NCBI GenBank assembly: GCA_951406725.2
Contig: OX597814.1
Span: 110,732,001 to 110,796,000 of the forward strand
Length of the DNA stretch: 64,000 nucleotides
Reading direction: 5' to 3'
DNA from: Octopus vulgaris
Lineage: Eukaryota
Shown here: piece by piece, positions 12,613-24,437 of the stretch
How positions within the stretch are numbered: position 1 is the stretch's first letter
How the letters are laid out: each line of letters opens with the position of its first letter
Position numbers and translations under genes: made by a program
Notes under the pieces: generated by a model
What the model saw: the letters and a program-made list of their open reading frames with translations, nothing else
The model's database searches: none
Told to the model about the DNA's origin: nothing

Positions 12613-12846
12613 CAGTGATTCTCTATCATTTTTGGACTATTGACCCCTTTGATTTCTATTCTACTCTGCTGCCCCACCCTCAGCCAGTCAATGTTAAAAA
12701 AAAATCCCATAGTATGTTTATAATTAAATATTATTAGGAATTGTACAAATAATTTAAATAGTCTGTCTATGGTAGAAGTACAACCAATTTATTGCAGATA
12801 AATTTTAACAACAAAGACTTATATGGACCCCAGTTGAGAACCACTG
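12613..12846. mobile_element. hAT-type MITE
   Basis: CAGTGATTCTC..GAGAACCACTG termini; no TSD recognised. Confidence 0.5.
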
Positions 12847-12870
12847 CTCTAATCCACTACCCTGCATTAA

Positions 12871-13296
12871 CCCTTTCGTTACCAACCTGGCTGAAACCGG
12901 CTCTGTAGTACAAATGTCTTGTTTTCATAAGTTTTGAATTAAAATCTTCCCCAAACCTTAGTCACAATTTATATTCCTAACACTAGCTGAATGATAACTA
13001 AGTTATTTTACTAAATTCTTTGTTATATTTAACCCCTTCATTTTGAGATGCTATGTGTTTCTTTCAATTACTTTAAATAGAACAAAGAATTTAGTAAAAT
13101 AACTTAGTTATCATTCAGCTAGTGTTAGGAACATAAATTATGACTAAGGTTTGGGGAAGATTTTAATTCAAAACTTACGAAAACAAGACATTTGTACTAC
13201 AGAGCCAGAGCTGATTTCAGCCAGGTTGCTAATGAAAGGGTTAAAGTAATTGAAAGAAATACAGAGCATCCCAAAATAAATACAGTAATGAAAGGG
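12871..13296. mobile_element. piggyBac-like MITE with an inverted copy of itself (13033-13240) inserted at an internal TTAA
   Basis: TTAA-CCCT..AGGG-TTAA ends for outer and inner copies; TTAA at 12867, 13029, 13241 and 13297. Confidence 0.85.
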
Positions 13297-13624
13297 TTAA
13301 TACTCTTTTTTTACTGACCCCCAAAAAACAAAAAGCAAATTTGACCCAAGTGTGCTTTGAACTCGGAGTGCTGAGTATCGTATCAAATACTCACGCCAGC
13401 ATTTTCTCTGACACTAGTGTTTGTACCAATTTCAAAATAGATGACTCACCATTGTATACTAAGTTTCTTCAATGACCTTTTATTTGTATTAAGTACTGTG
13501 GTGGTTAAGTTAGTTTATTTTTAAAATGTTTAATTATCTCTGAATTAGTTGATTCAAGTTTAATTAATGAGGGGTTTAGTGTTTTAAAACTTGGAAAACT
13601 TTTATGAAAATTTTTGACAGATGG

Positions 13625-13990
13625 GGCACAGCCATGGCTGTGTGGTTAAGAGCTCACTTTGCAACCTTATGATTTTGGGTTCAATCCCACTGTGCAACAT
13701 CTTGGGCAGGTGTCTTCTGCTATCACCTTAGGTCTACCAATGTCTTGTGAGTGAATTTGGTAGATGGAGACTGTGTGGAAGCCTGCTGTGTGTTTGTGCT
13801 TACCCTATCACTACTTGACCACTGGTGTTGGTTTGTTTACTTCCCTTTAACTTAGTCTTTCAATAGAAGAGCTAGAATAAATACCAGACTTATAAGTAGT
13901 GGGTTTGATTTGTTTGGTGTTGACTAAACCCTTCAAGGCAATGCCCCAGCATGGCTGCAGTCCAATGACTGAAACAAGTAAAAGATAAAA
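13625..13990 (+). mobile_element. SINE family A (diverged)
   Basis: Head, core and GAAACAAGTAAAAGA tail. Confidence 0.8.
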
Positions 13991-14168
13991 TAAGGCCTCT
14001 AGCTTTATTTCGCAATGCAACAATCGTTGGCTCCTAATTTTTAGAATAACTACCCATCTTAAAACATTTTTATCTTGATGTCTCTTGCTAAAAACATTGA
14101 CATTTTGGTAGAAATTACCCTCTAACTTGTCATAGAAATAAATAAATAAATATATATATATATATATA

Positions 14169-14570
14169 CTTCTAATATAAGGATAATATTTTATCTGTGG
14201 CCAGCATATAAAAATACCTTTTAAGGTAAAATTTATAAACAATTATAAGTAAGTGCTTGCTACAGAATTTCTGTTGAGATATATTTGGGGTACTTAAATG
14301 TACTCATGACTTTGCATCTGCTTTTTCCATGGTTGTATGTAAGTTTTCAGTTTATTTCTTATCGTATTTCTCACTGACGAAGGAAGAATCATTCAGGATT
14401 AATCCAGAAATTGGTCTGATTCGGGAATAACGAATTTTAAAAATTTCTGTTGGCTTGCTTTCCTCATGCCGTGTATTTATAGTGAAAAATATTGTATATG
14501 GTTATACAATATAAAGTCTATTTTTCAGCATATTGGCATGGAAAATTTTTTTTGCTCTTATTTATAATTA
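14169..14570 (+). mobile_element. (TA)n-flanked Penelope-like non-coding element
   Basis: Bounded by (TA)n on both sides, loosely inverted ends, contains a hammerhead motif. Confidence 0.55.
14362..14433 (+). ncRNA. type I hammerhead ribozyme motif
   Basis: Stem I TCGTATTTC-TCA / TGA-ttcg-GGAATAACGA; core CTGACGA 14374-14380; stem II GGA..AATC/GATT..TCC; GAAA 14407-14410; short stem III, GTC triplet ending 14416. Confidence 0.7.
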
Positions 14571-14585
14571 TATATATGTTTATTC

Positions 14586-14905
14586 AGGTTCAATGGCTTG
14601 GTGGTTAGAGCATCAGGCTTTCATTCAATTCCTGGACTGGGCTGTGTGTTGTGTTCTTTGAGCCAGGCACTTTATTTCACACTGTCCAGATCACTCAAAT
14701 GTAGAAATGAGTTGCGATGTTCCTGATGCCAAGCTATATTGGCCTTTGTCTTTCCCTTGGATAACATCAATGGTGTGGAGAGAGGAGGCTGGTATGCATG
14801 GGCAACTGCTGGTCTTCCTTAAACAACCTTGCTTGGACTTGTGCCTCAGAGGGGAACTTTCTGGGTGCAATCTCATAGTCATTTGTAACTGAAGGGGGTC
14901 TTTGC
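14586..14905 (+). mobile_element. tRNA-derived SINE family D
   Basis: TGGCTTGGTGGTTAGAGC head, TTCAATTCC box, GTGTTGTGTTCTTTGAGC..CACTTTATTTCAC core. Confidence 0.65.
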
Positions 14906-15279
14906 TCTTTTTTACTTTTACCACCCCTGAACATTCTTTTTTTTTTCTCTCTAGCCATACACTCTTCTTTTTCTCCTTTACTTTGTTATAATGTTGCCAC
15001 ATTGTTTGTTTGTCCTTCTGCCACTTCCTCCCTTACCTATTGTTAATGGTATCGTCACTACTATGATGCAGACACAAATAAGTTTAGAGTAATGGCAATG
15101 GTCAAAAAGTACTTATGTCTGACACAATTTCGATTGTGTGTCCTATTACTAGGAGACATGATGTTATTGCTGTTCATGTAATTGGTTTGATAACAATAGT
15201 CAGCCATAATGGGACTTACTTTCATGGGCTTTGCATGTCCCCCCCATCTTAGAATAGTCTCTCATATATATATAATAAT

Positions 15280-15611
15280 TCACTTATTTCAGTCATTAGA
15301 CTGTGGCCATGCTGGGGCACCACCTTGAGGAATTTTTAGTTGAATGAATCAACTCCAGTACTTTTTTAAAGCCTGGTACTGATTTTCTAAACTGCTAAGT
15401 TGCAGGGACATAAACACACCAACAGCGGTTGTCAAGTGGTGTTGGGTGACAAACACCACACACATGTGTATACATATTATGGGCTTCTTTCAGTTTCTAC
15501 CCATGAAATCCACAAACAAGGCTTCGGTCTGCCCAAGGTGCCATGAAGTGGGACTGAACTTGGAACCATGTGGTTGTGAAGCAAGCTTCTTACCACGTAA
15601 CCATGCCTACG

Positions 15612-15614
<3 letters not shown>
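15280..15614 (-). mobile_element. SINE family A
   Basis: Reverse-complement head and tail with an internal deletion. Confidence 0.8.
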
Positions 15615-15647
<33 letters not shown>

Positions 15648-15648
<1 letters not shown>

Positions 15649-16178
15649 CTACAAAATTAGAGAATGGAGAAACATATTTAAATCAATAAAACATCAACTA
15701 TCCGATGATACTCAATCCATACTTTAATACACCATTACATAGGAGTAAAGGCAATATATAAATGAAATGAAATAGATATACAGTAATAGTAAAAGTAAAA
15801 GATAAAGAGATATAAGTAAAAAATTACAAATACTTTACTTATATCTCTTTATCTTTTACTTTTACTATTACTGTATATCTCATTTCATTTCATTTTATAT
15901 ATTGCCTTTACTCCTATGTAATGGTGTATTAAAGTATGGATTGAGTATCATCGGATAGTTGATGTTTTATTGATTTAAATATGTTTCTCCATTCTCTAAT
16001 TTTGTAGTATTAATTTACGGTAATATTATTACTTACCCATTTAATACAATAGATGAACTGATTGCTTGGCAATTTCTAACATCTATGTATCAATTTTGTT
16101 GGGTACCTATCTAGCAGTATATTGGATATATATTATCCCATGGTGGGTTGAATTTTCAACCCCTATCTCATTTTATAA

Positions 16179-16180
<2 letters not shown>
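15648..16180. mobile_element. foldback element in (TA)n: ~173-bp near-perfect inverted arms plus a unique tail
   Basis: 15648-15820 is the reverse complement of 15834-16008; 13-nt spacer; terminal hairpin GGGTTGAA-tt-TTCAACCC 16145-16162; Penelope-like layout. Confidence 0.75.
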
Positions 16181-16213
<33 letters not shown>

Positions 16214-16218
<5 letters not shown>

Positions 16219-16566
16219 AAATAATTAAAGGCGGGCAGCAGGCTGCCTCGCCGCATACCGGAGGAATTAGAAATGGCAGTCAAAGACTGTTTTTTCCATT
16301 TTCCATTTTGCGTATGTGAATCGCAGGGTTCGTCGTATTTGGAAAATCCACTTATAGAAAATGGAAAAAACAGTCTTTGACTGCCATTTCTAATTCCTCC
16401 GGTATGCGGCGAGGCAGCCTGCTGCCCGCCCTTTAATTATTTTCACTATATACTGAACTTTCCAGAAGTTCCTGACGATGAATTTGTCATATTTACATAC
16501 CGGAATTTTACCGGTAAATAATTGTTGGTTATATGAAAAACCACTGAAAAATTATTTACCATTTTT

Positions 16567-16570
<4 letters not shown>
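16214..16570. mobile_element. second foldback element in (TA)n, ~92-bp arms
   Basis: 16211-16303 is the reverse complement of 16357-16450; subterminal inverted repeat GGTAAATAATT/AATTATTTACC 16513-16560. Confidence 0.75.
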
Positions 16571-16604
<34 letters not shown>

Positions 16605-16607
<3 letters not shown>

Positions 16608-17372
16608 ATATATAAACGGCAGTTTGTCTGTCTGTGTGTCTGTCAGGTTGTACCCTCACCCTGACCACGGTTTTCAACCGATTCTGATGAAACTTGACAC
16701 ACACATAGCCCAATGTCATAATTCAAAACTAACGCAGCGAAAATTTTGAAAAGTTCCCCCAGTTCTGAAAAAAATCGATAAATTCGACATGGGTCGAGAA
16801 TCTAAGCTTTTTATATGCAACACATTTTCTACAGACTGTCTAGGGAACGAAACTCGACCTTTTTAACTCTCGGAACACGTGGGGTAAGTATCCCAAAATG
16901 TATAAAAGTGTACAAAAATTGCAAAAAAAGCGGGCAGCAATGTGAGTGACAACAACGAAAAAGTCAAAAGTGACCAAACTGAACAAACGAATGGAAAAGG
17001 TTTTTTGATGCACACGACAAAGGCGGTTTATGATAAACCAAGAGTTTGCAAGTAGCATCCGAGGACCCTTAGGGTACGTCAAAAATTTAAGGTAAAACTT
17101 TCGGGGTGGTAGTTATAAAGAAAGTGTAAACAAAAAAAGTATTTGAATAACTTGCGGCTGTTGGGGGTAAAGTCTCGAATGTAATTTCTTCCTGGTAGGA
17201 ATTGGTTGGGTTGAATTATCGATAGCTGTTTGATAGTTATTTGGGAGTGAAGAGAAGACATTGCAACCTACACATGCGCCTTCGTTCCCTAGAGGGAAAG
17301 GACTAGATTGGGATTAGTTGTTGCCTACTAGGGGCTTTTACATACCTGGGCAACGCCGGGCTATGCTGCTAG
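16605..17372 (+). mobile_element. non-autonomous Helitron
   Basis: A|TC 5' end, 3' hairpin CCTGGGCAACGCCGGG, CTAG|T end; (TCTG)n near the 5' end. Confidence 0.85.
16840..17292. mobile_element. TIR-bounded segment nested in the Helitron
   Basis: Perfect 12-bp inverted repeat CTAGGGAACGAA / TTCGTTCCCTAG, readable as a TA TSD plus GGGAACGAA TIR. Confidence 0.55.
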
Positions 17373-17400
17373 TATATATATAATCTCGTTGCTATTATGC

Positions 17401-17712
17401 TAAAGTGTCGTAAGGCCAAAATGTTGCTTTTTCAGAAAATACAAAAATAGTTTCACCATTCCATTTCTTTTTACATTAGCAACAGTTTCATCCTAACAAT
17501 AATACTTTGTTGCGGGCATAAAATCGTAACTCCATGCATGTGTGATATTTTCAGTCAGAAACTGTTGTATGTGGGACTTACCACACTTGAAAAATGCTAA
17601 GCCGTTGTACTATGCTTTGACAATTTTTTTTATCTGAAGCAGCTGGAGATATGATAGGTTGACCAAAAGAACCGACTATTACAAGCAAAATTTGGACATA
17701 TGACAGTTTTAA
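17401..17712. mobile_element. DNA-transposon-like MITE (possibly Kolobok-type)
   Basis: Imperfect TIRs AAGTGTCGTAAGGCCAAA / TTTGGACATATGACAGTT-TTAA; partial inverted copy at ~8478-8640. Confidence 0.45.
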
Positions 17713-17795
17713 CAAATTACCAGTAATGTGTAGTTTACTGTTCTGGTATGGTAAGATTAAGAGAAAAGTACTCCATCGAATGAGAGATAAATATC

Positions 17796-17835
<40 letters not shown>

Positions 17836-18067
17836 CATACACACACACACACACCTGTGTTAGTTACATCTATGTGGAAATGTAACCTAGACTTTTATGA
17901 CTGCTTGTAGAACTGAAAGAAAGACATGGCTGCGTTAATTGTAAGCTAGGACCAAAAGCTAAAAAAAGATAATCAAATATATTTAATTATTTGACATTGA
18001 TTAATGTCACGGTTTGCTAATTTGAAATTACATGTGTCGAGCAGTGTTGAATATCAATTGATGATGT

Positions 18068-18890
18068 TTCTTCTAAATACATTATTGCCATGTTCCACTT
18101 TTAGAAACCTTATTGCTGTGATCCAGTTATAAACTACATTGTTGTAGTGTTTTAGTTCTAAATACATCATGTTTAATTTGTAAATATGTAATTGTAGTGT
18201 TCTGCTAGTTAATATGACAGTGTTCCATTTCTAAACATGGTTCTGTAGTGTTCCATTTCTAAACATGTTTCTGCAGTGTTCAGCTTCTAAACACATTGTA
18301 GTGTTTCATTTGTAAATATGTTATTGTGTTCTACTTGTAAATATAAGTTCCAATACTAAACATGTTTTTGTTGTGTTCCATTTATAAACACATTGTCCAA
18401 AGTGTTCCATTTTTACTCTTTTTATCATAATTCTGTTGAAATGCATTGGCTTTCTTTCAATTAGTTTTAAAAATAATGAAGAGTTTAATAAAATAATTTT
18501 GTCTTAATTTCTGTTCCAAACAAGATTAATAACCATGAAATTATGCTGGAAGAGTGAACAAGAAATTAGTAACATAGAACCAGGGGCAGGCTGGGTGGTG
18601 TCAAAAAGTTAGATACGTCATTGAAGTGTTCCACTGCTAAACACATTGGGTTCCACAACTAAATACCATATTGTAGTGTTCCAGCATGTAAAAAGCACCC
18701 ACTACACTCAAGGAGTGGTTGGCATTAGGAAGGGCATCCAGATGTAGAGACACTGCCAGATCAGACTGAAGCCTGGCACAGCCTCCTGGCTTCCCAGACT
18801 CCGGTTGAACCGTCCAACCCATGCTAGCATGGAAAAAAACGAACGTTAAGCGGTAATTATGATGATAGTGTTTGACTTTTAACTACATTA
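18068..18890. repeat. degenerate ~29-bp minisatellite interrupted by MITE and RTE fragments
   Basis: Units like GTAGTGTTCCATTTCTAAACATG at 18068-18410, 18615-18685 and after 18866. Confidence 0.7.
18686..18866 (+). mobile_element. RTE 3'UTR fragment (family C)
   Basis: Family C motifs and GAT tail. Confidence 0.8.
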
Positions 18891-19828
18891 TTTTCACGGC
18901 TAATGTTTTGCTTGTTAGTACTGTGTCCTGAAACATAATTGCCATAAGTTTAGAACTCTTGTCCTCTCAAATACTAGTATCGGCAATCATCAAAATTCTT
19001 CAAAGTGGTGCCTCAGCATGGCCGCAATCCAATGATTGAAATGAGTAAAAGACACTATGGCTATATTATTTGGGAGGTAATGAATTAAGATATGGTCATA
19101 AAGCACTTACTAACAACAGAACCATTTACACAAATACAGACTGTTTGAAGCTTGCTTTGTATTGCAACAAATACCTAATATCTAAATGAAGCTATTTTTA
19201 CAACACAAAACTCAAACGTACTAAAGGATATGATGTAACTGCCTTCCATTGTTATGTTAATAACAGTAGACTTATGTGAGATCACGAGAGTCATGTGCAT
19301 GTGTGTGTACTGGCCTGTTGTAAAACAGCTCTGCTTTTAGTATAAAATCTTGCTAAAACGACTTTGTTATTCGACAGCTTGTGAAGTGTGAAATACGTGT
19401 TTGGTTGCTTATTGACTTCTTGAAATTATGGATTACAACAATTTTCACACTTGAGAAGTTACTGTAATCAACTGTTTTTAATATGAATCAACTCTCCTAT
19501 GTTAGAGGATAATTCTACTCAGGCCTTTTGATAAATTTATTATCCTGTTTGATAGATATCTTAGACTTATGAAGCCAGATGAGAGAAGATAAAGTAGATT
19601 TATTTTTATTATGTGTGTGAGACAGAGCAGCTGGTTACTATGATGAAATAAGAGTGGCCTGAAATTACCAAAGAGGAAGCTGAAGATAGTATTGTGTGCT
19701 ATTCAAGATCTAAAAATTTCATTGATTCTAAATATCTTTTACTTGTTTCAGTTTTGGGACTGTGGCCATGCTGGGGCACTGCCTTGAAGGGTTTTGGATA
19801 TGCAGAGAAACACCCCAAAACAATACTG

Positions 19829-19871
<43 letters not shown>

Positions 19872-19999
19872 TTAAAATGAGGGTGAAAAATTGGATATTA
19901 ATTTGATAACATAAATTTTAACACCAGTGGTCTAGCATATAAAAAAACTGAGATTCAGTAAATAGTATTTTATACATTCTCTCTTATATTTATATATAC

Positions 20000-20190
20000 A
20001 GTGACACGTAAAAAGCACCCACTACACTCACTGAGTGGTTGGCATTAGGAAGGGCATCCAGCTGTAGAAACACTACCAGATCAGACTGGAGCCTGGTGCA
20101 GCCTCCTAGCTTCCCAGACCCTGGTCGAACCGTCCAACCCATGCTAGCATGGAAAACAGACGTTAAATGATGATGATAATGATGATGATA
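20000..20190 (+). mobile_element. RTE 3'UTR fragment (family C)
   Basis: Family C motifs and (GAT)n tail. Confidence 0.85.
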
Positions 20191-20835
20191 GAGTTAGATA
20201 TTTTCTCTGTAGCCACTCAACCAGTCCTCATACTGGTCTATACAATTGAAATGTTAGTGTAAGTTGTGTTAATTAACTATTTCCAAATTTACATCATACT
20301 CTTGTTAAGTTCTATGCTAGGAGCATGGAGCTTATACAAGAGCATGAAGTAGATTTGGAAATAGTTAATTAACACAACCTGGGATGAATTATTAAAATCA
20401 ATAGCAACACATGGCAGTTTAAATGAAAATAGCAACAAGTTTGCTTCTGTTAAGCAGAAACTATGACAAAAATGGCAAGTAAAAGCCACATCTATATAGT
20501 TGATAGTTTCTTTTTGCTAAAGAAAAACACATTTCTTACAAAAATGAGTTTTTGTTTCTGTGCGTGCATGAAAAAAAAAAAAAAATTAGTTACATATATG
20601 GCAATATAGTTGTGTGTGAAGAACTGACAAAATTCTAATTCCAAATTTTCAGAAAATGGTATTTGGTGTAATTCAACAAGTAAATGGATGAATCCATTTA
20701 CATTGAGCTATTTTCTTTATTCACTTAATTGACACATGAGAATGAACTTGCCATATTTACTCATGTATTAGTTGCACCCCTAATTTAGCGCTAAATCTTG
20801 CTACTAAGTATTTTCCTCTTTCTTCAAACCTGCTT

Positions 20836-20965
20836 GCCAGCATGGGTGCCTTTTACGTGACGCTAGCACAAGTACCTTTTACATGATGTCATCATGGGTG
20901 CCTTTTATTTGATGCCAGCACGGGTGCCTTTTACGTGGCGCCAGCACGGGTGCCTTTTATGTTAC
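20836..20965. repeat. 5 x 26-bp tandem repeat related to the RTE 3'UTR repeat unit
   Basis: Unit GCCAGCAYGGGTGCCTTTTACGTGRC. Confidence 0.85.
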
Positions 20966-21376
20966 ATTATTGCATAATAAATATCTATGGCTATGGTTTC
21001 ATATCAGCCATTAAATAATTTGGTATTGCCTTAAATAGTACCATGACTTGTAATTATTGGGTGGATGCCTTACATGGCACTATTACTTGTAGAGTTTGTT
21101 ATTAGGGGTTTCCTCATCATTTGAAGAGTTTCAGCAAATAACTGCTGACCGTTTTAGAAATCAAACCAACTTCAGCACCTTTTTAGAGGATGTGATAGGA
21201 GATGGGCAGAATCAGGGAAGGGTTTATGATAAAACATTAAGCAAGCCTTGAGTGACCTCACTCTAAATTATAGAATATTTGTGTTCAAAGCCAGAGATTA
21301 AATATCTGGTGCTTTTGATGTCAGTGGGTGACATCAATTCTGATATATTCAATGTCTCAGTAATCAAACAGTTTAA

Positions 21377-21702
21377 CCCTTTCGTTACCATATTTTTGTT
21401 GAAATACACTGCTTTTGTCTCAGTTACTTTTGAAAACAACAAAGAATTTGGTAAAATAACTTTACCATTATGCAGCTGGTATTTTGAACATAAATTGAGG
21501 TGAAATTTGGTGATGTAAGGTTTTTATTGTATTTCTGTTAATTTTGAAAATGATAAAGAATTTAGTAAAGCAACTATTATCAATATGTTTGGATCATAAA
21601 TTAACATGAAATTTTGATGAGGTTTTAATTTAGCTTGCCTCAAAGTAGGAAACTTGTCTCATAGAACAAGGTGTGGTCAAAAATGGGTTGGTTTTAAAAG
21701 GG
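21377..21702. mobile_element. piggyBac-like MITE (family 1) with internal duplication
   Basis: TTAA-CCCTTTCGTTACC..AAAAGGG-CTAA; related to 12871-13296. Confidence 0.7.
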
Positions 21703-21747
21703 CTAAGTGTCCAGCACACAAAACTGCAATTCATAATATATTCCAAA

Positions 21748-22149
21748 TCTCTCTCTATATATATATACAGCTGAAGTTGTCTGTGTATGGCAGGTTTGGT
21801 AGTCTTCAACTAACACTATCTCCTCCAAGACCCTGTGGCGCAAGTTGACCAAAATTGAGAGTATGATAAAAGAAGGCTTGCTCTTCTTTCCTTAGAAGAA
21901 AAAATTCAAATCGGACCATGTTAACACCAAAAATTATTTACATCAAAAAGGTGCCTTTTTTCTATGAACATCCCTATTTTTTACGATTTTTTTTTTTACT
22001 GCTGTGTCGCCATTTTTTGGTGTATTTCAACCAGAAATATGTTCACTTAAAGAGAATAACAAGCTACATAATGCAAAATTTTTACTTTTCAAAAATTCCA
22101 ATTCTAAAGGGCCGAAACAAACCTGAGCAACACTGGGCGATACTGCTAA
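21748..22149 (+). mobile_element. non-autonomous Helitron
   Basis: A|TC start; end CCTGAGCAACACTGGGCGATACTGCTAA|T. Confidence 0.8.
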
Positions 22150-23032
22150 TCTAACTATAAAATCAGAAATTTCTCTAACTTGTGAAATGTTCTTTCTAAA
22201 AGAACATTTGGTGAACTGAAGGAACTAATTTCAACAAAAGGTTCTCTCACACTCTGGCAACACATAGAATAATGGGCTGATTTCGGCTCAGTTGATCTCA
22301 GTACAATTTTATTCATAATCTATTAATGAAAAACATTGCTTTTAGTCATAGCAAATTATTAAAAATAAAACAGAAATACAGCCAGAAAGAATGAGAAGAC
22401 CAAATTCTTTGAAGAAACAAGAAGAGTAAACAAATTTTTTTCTTTCTTTCTCATTTTCAACATGTTTTCTCGTTTCTTTGAAAAGCCCTCCCCCAAATGT
22501 CAGGACTTACCCCCCTCTTCTCATGACACTAACTTATCTTTATGGATTTTATTAAATACAGCAAATGTATTTGTGATCTTCCAATATTTTAAACACCAAC
22601 ATTAAAGATAATGCGATTTATAAAATATTAAGTAGTATTATAATATTAAAAATAATAGCCAATAGTGTTTCTGTGTCAATATACTTGCCTGAAATAATAA
22701 TAGCTTAAAAAAAAATTGATAACCAGTGCTAGATAATATAAAAAGTTACTTTCACTACCAATCGATTCAATATTTTAAAGAATTAGTATAAGCAAAGAAT
22801 AAAAATATAACTTTCCAACATAAGAGATAAAATATACAGAGAACAATTGGTGATAGATCTTGTCAACTGAGAGAGAGAGAGAGAGAGAGAGAGTGTTTGT
22901 TTGTTTGTTGAAGGTGTCTTGTGAAAGCAATGTAGGCATTTGGTAGAGAAAAACTAATTTGTGCCAAAGATTAAAAAAAGAAATTACTTAACATTTGCTT
23001 TGTTATTTTGTTATTGTTGCTTATCTCTAGCT

Positions 23033-23331
23033 CTGTGGTTCCCAAACTTTTTCGGACTACTGCCACCTTGTCACCTAGGCCACATTCCTAGCACCTCCAC
23101 CCCAACTAACCACCACATAGACCTCTTTCTGAAGTGAATTCAAAGCAATTGTACTTCACAAATAAAACTTAACCTAATGAACCCATTATTTTGTTGTTTT
23201 TATATTAATCGCTACCCCATTATCACCCCACATTTTACATGAATTGCTACCCAATTATTGCCCCACTTTTTTTCAACATCCACTTGAAACTGCCCCCAGG
23301 AGGGCAATACCACTCACTTTGGGAACCACTG
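23033..23331. mobile_element. hAT (Charlie-like) MITE
   Basis: TIR CTGTGGTTCCCAAA / TTTGGGAACCACTG; 8-bp TSD CTCTAGCT at 23025-23032 and 23332-23339. Confidence 0.85.
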
Positions 23332-24040
23332 CTCTAGCTCAATCCTGATTGAGCAGGCATTCCAGCAATGACCATCTCAAATCTTTTTGACAACCCCACC
23401 AAATCCTGTTAGCCTCCCTTCAGAAGTTTTACCTGTGTTCTTTGTCCTTTAGGAGCCTGACCAAGGCATTTCTTTGTCTTATCTCTTGTACATGACACAA
23501 CTTTATTTGCTTCTACTCTCCCATCTCTTCAATGTTTTTAGACTTACTTTTCATCATATCAATGGCAGCTCTGAAATTATCTGAAACAAGCCTGTCATGC
23601 ATGCATGTGTGTAATAATGTATGTCCTGTGGAGTACCTCAGCCACTTGCATGTTAATCTCATGAGCAGGCTGTCCCATTGATCAGATCAAGTGGAACCCT
23701 CATCGTCATAACTAATGGAATGCCAATTTAGTTTGTGTATGTGTCTCATTAGTTAACAAGAGATGTCCTTCATTTCCAATATTTTGTTAAAAAAAAACAA
23801 CCCAAAAACCTAACTATGGAGAAGTATCACCTTACTTGGAAATGACTGAAGATTGGTGACAAGAAGGGTATCAGGCTGGAGAAAATTTGCCTCAATAAAT
23901 TCTATCTAACCTATGTGAACATGGGAAACTGGATTTCAAATGATGATGCTACAAATATTTGTGGATGTATATGTGTATAAAGACACACACATACAAATAT
24001 GCTTATATCAGCATGGGTTGGCAAACCAGAACATTCAAAG

Positions 24041-24437
24041 CAGGCATGTGCTGTCAGTAATTACTCAGGGTAGGCAGTTGGTGACCTTTATGTAGTAAAA
24101 CACACAAAAAAATAAGTGAAACACAGGTGAGCGATTGAATTGAAGGCAGAAGTAAATCTACTGTCATAGCACATAAAGAAAACAGTGTTGTAGGAGTGTA
24201 TGCAGCACATGTACTACAGCAGTACTATGTGTAGTTTTAATACTGAAATTGAAGGACAAGCGAATTATGCCTACCTAATCTACAAAAAAAATGAAATATT
24301 TTGCATTTCATGCATAGTAATCAGAGTAACCTTCATAATTTTGTTGAATTAGGTTCATATTTTGCCATAAATGGAAATTGTTGCTATTGATCTATTTGAT
24401 TCAAGTAGGCAGTGCCTACCTTGGCAGCACATCCCTG
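24041..24437. mobile_element. hAT-type MITE, copy 1
   Basis: CAGGCATGTGCTG..CAGCACATCCCTG; TSD ATTCAAAG/ATTTAAAG. Confidence 0.85.

Noticed and set aside
16471-16510. CTGACGA in the second foldback element
   Set aside because: No properly placed stem II and GAAA..UH downstream
18068-18410. CRISPR-like periodicity
   Set aside because: No unique spacers, degenerate tandem units, eukaryotic context, no cas genes
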